Shown here piece after piece: positions 62,911-64,000 of a DNA stretch of 64,000 nt. How positions within the stretch are numbered: the stretch's first letter is position 1; every line of letters starts with the position of its first letter. Below the pieces are notes generated by a model. It made no database searches, was not told the DNA's origin, and was given only the letters and a program-made list of their open reading frames with translations. Source of the stretch: Raillietiella orientalis (taxonomy: Eukaryota); contig JAYWIR010000004.1 of assembly GCA_036172245.1 (NCBI GenBank), forward strand, positions 4,650,001 to 4,714,000. The letters run 5' to 3'. A program made the position numbers and the translations under genes.

Positions 62911-63670
62911 AATGCTGAATGCGTTTTGCTTTTTTTTTTTTCATAAGTGGGTCTCGCTGATCTTTGAGGAGTTGGGCAGTTTCTGCGCTGCCCAGGACGC
63001 GGGATTCCGTCCGTGCATGAATCTGGAAACCTGGAAGGCGGGAGCCGGCGTGGAAGCACGGAATTCCCTCGTTCGAACACGGACGAAGATGTGCGAACGA
63101 AGATGGTTTTGGTTTTTGGTTTTGGTCATGTGAACTGCACGGGGACGACGGTCAAATTTCAATGATGCATGTCTGAAGCTTTCACTGCCAGCGCATTCTT
63201 TTGCCTGGAGGATCCACGTTTTTTATGTGATTAACGGCTTGCATTTCGTGCTTGCATCCTCTCTCCCTTCAGATGTAGAGGTCTTGTGTTATTCTGAGTC
63301 AGTGGACGCTCTATTCATTTCCTGAGCAACACACGTGGTAGTTAAAGCTACCTAAAAGCGCCTTCTATGAAATTGTCATTCGCACTCTTGGGATCGAAAC
63401 TGCTTTCGGGAATGCAAATGCAAAACGTTGTAGGTACTATGTGATGAGTGGATCCTCGAGAAATCAATACTTTTCTCCACAAGCTCATGATTACGTATTC
63501 CGCTCTGAATTGCAAAATTGTGCCTCACATGGAAAAACATCCAAAAAGCAGAGTGTAATTTGCTGCGATCCGAGGAAGGATTAAGTTGAGGAATACCCTC
63601 ACAAAACGCATATCAAGAGGAATGCGTTTTGTGAGGGTATCGTTAGAAGAAAAATAATGCCGATGGCAAA

Positions 63671-63673
<3 letters not shown>

Positions 63674-63707
<34 letters not shown>
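63674..63707. repeat. (TA)17 microsatellite
   Basis: Direct reading of the sequence. Confidence 0.97.
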
Positions 63708-63708
<1 letters not shown>

Positions 63709-64000
63709 TCCATCGCGCGGAAAATTTTCAATTCTGGATGCGCGATTTCTTAGACAGGTCGTTGTCAGCGATGCATTTAAGATCCTTTGGATTCCATATT
63801 TCGAGATGAAACTATTAAAGGGAAACGTGATTGAGGATCCACAAATTTCAGAGAAAGCAAAGTGCGAACCATGGAGATCCGTGTGCGGACTCTGAACTCA
63901 ATGATTTGTGCGATGCGCTGTACCATTGCCGTTCCAGCCGCACGGGTGCTGATCATCTTTCTTTTCATCTTTCTATTAGAAAAACGGTAAAATCGTTGGC

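Noticed and set aside
62259..63080. 273-aa minus-strand ORF
   Set aside because: Antisense to the terminal exons, no recognisable domain, non-ATG start
63814..63819. ATTAAA as the poly(A) signal
   Set aside because: A single variant hexamer with no supporting evidence; the 3' end remains undefined

Overview
This is eukaryotic (animal, probably arthropod-like) genomic DNA, not prokaryotic. The window is dominated by one large intron-rich plus-strand gene (ATG 14456 to a probable stop at 62910) that I assembled by hand from GT-AG, phase-compatible exons. It encodes a nephrin/Sticks-and-stones/Hibris/SYG-2-family adhesion receptor: signal peptide, 7 Ig domains, 1 FN3 domain, a TM helix and a cytoplasmic tail, about 941 or 997 aa depending on 3' splicing. 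The ectodomain appears shorter than in canonical Sns/SYG-2 and becomes more divergent toward the membrane. The 3' end has overlapping tandem donors that could give two in-frame tails. The gene spans two GC-rich domains (about 12.9-19 kb and 45.5-52.6 kb), and exon GC3 follows the local domain: 44% versus 92% in the two halves of one Ig domain. Introns and the upstream region hold many very decayed non-LTR (CR1/L2/Jockey-like) retrotransposon fossils, a ~40-bp-period core-plus-variable-spacer array, a perfect 20-bp hairpin and microsatellites. I found no rRNA, tRNA, CRISPR or second host gene, and most entries in the ORF track are spurious. All homology calls come from motif recognition by eye; no database search was run.
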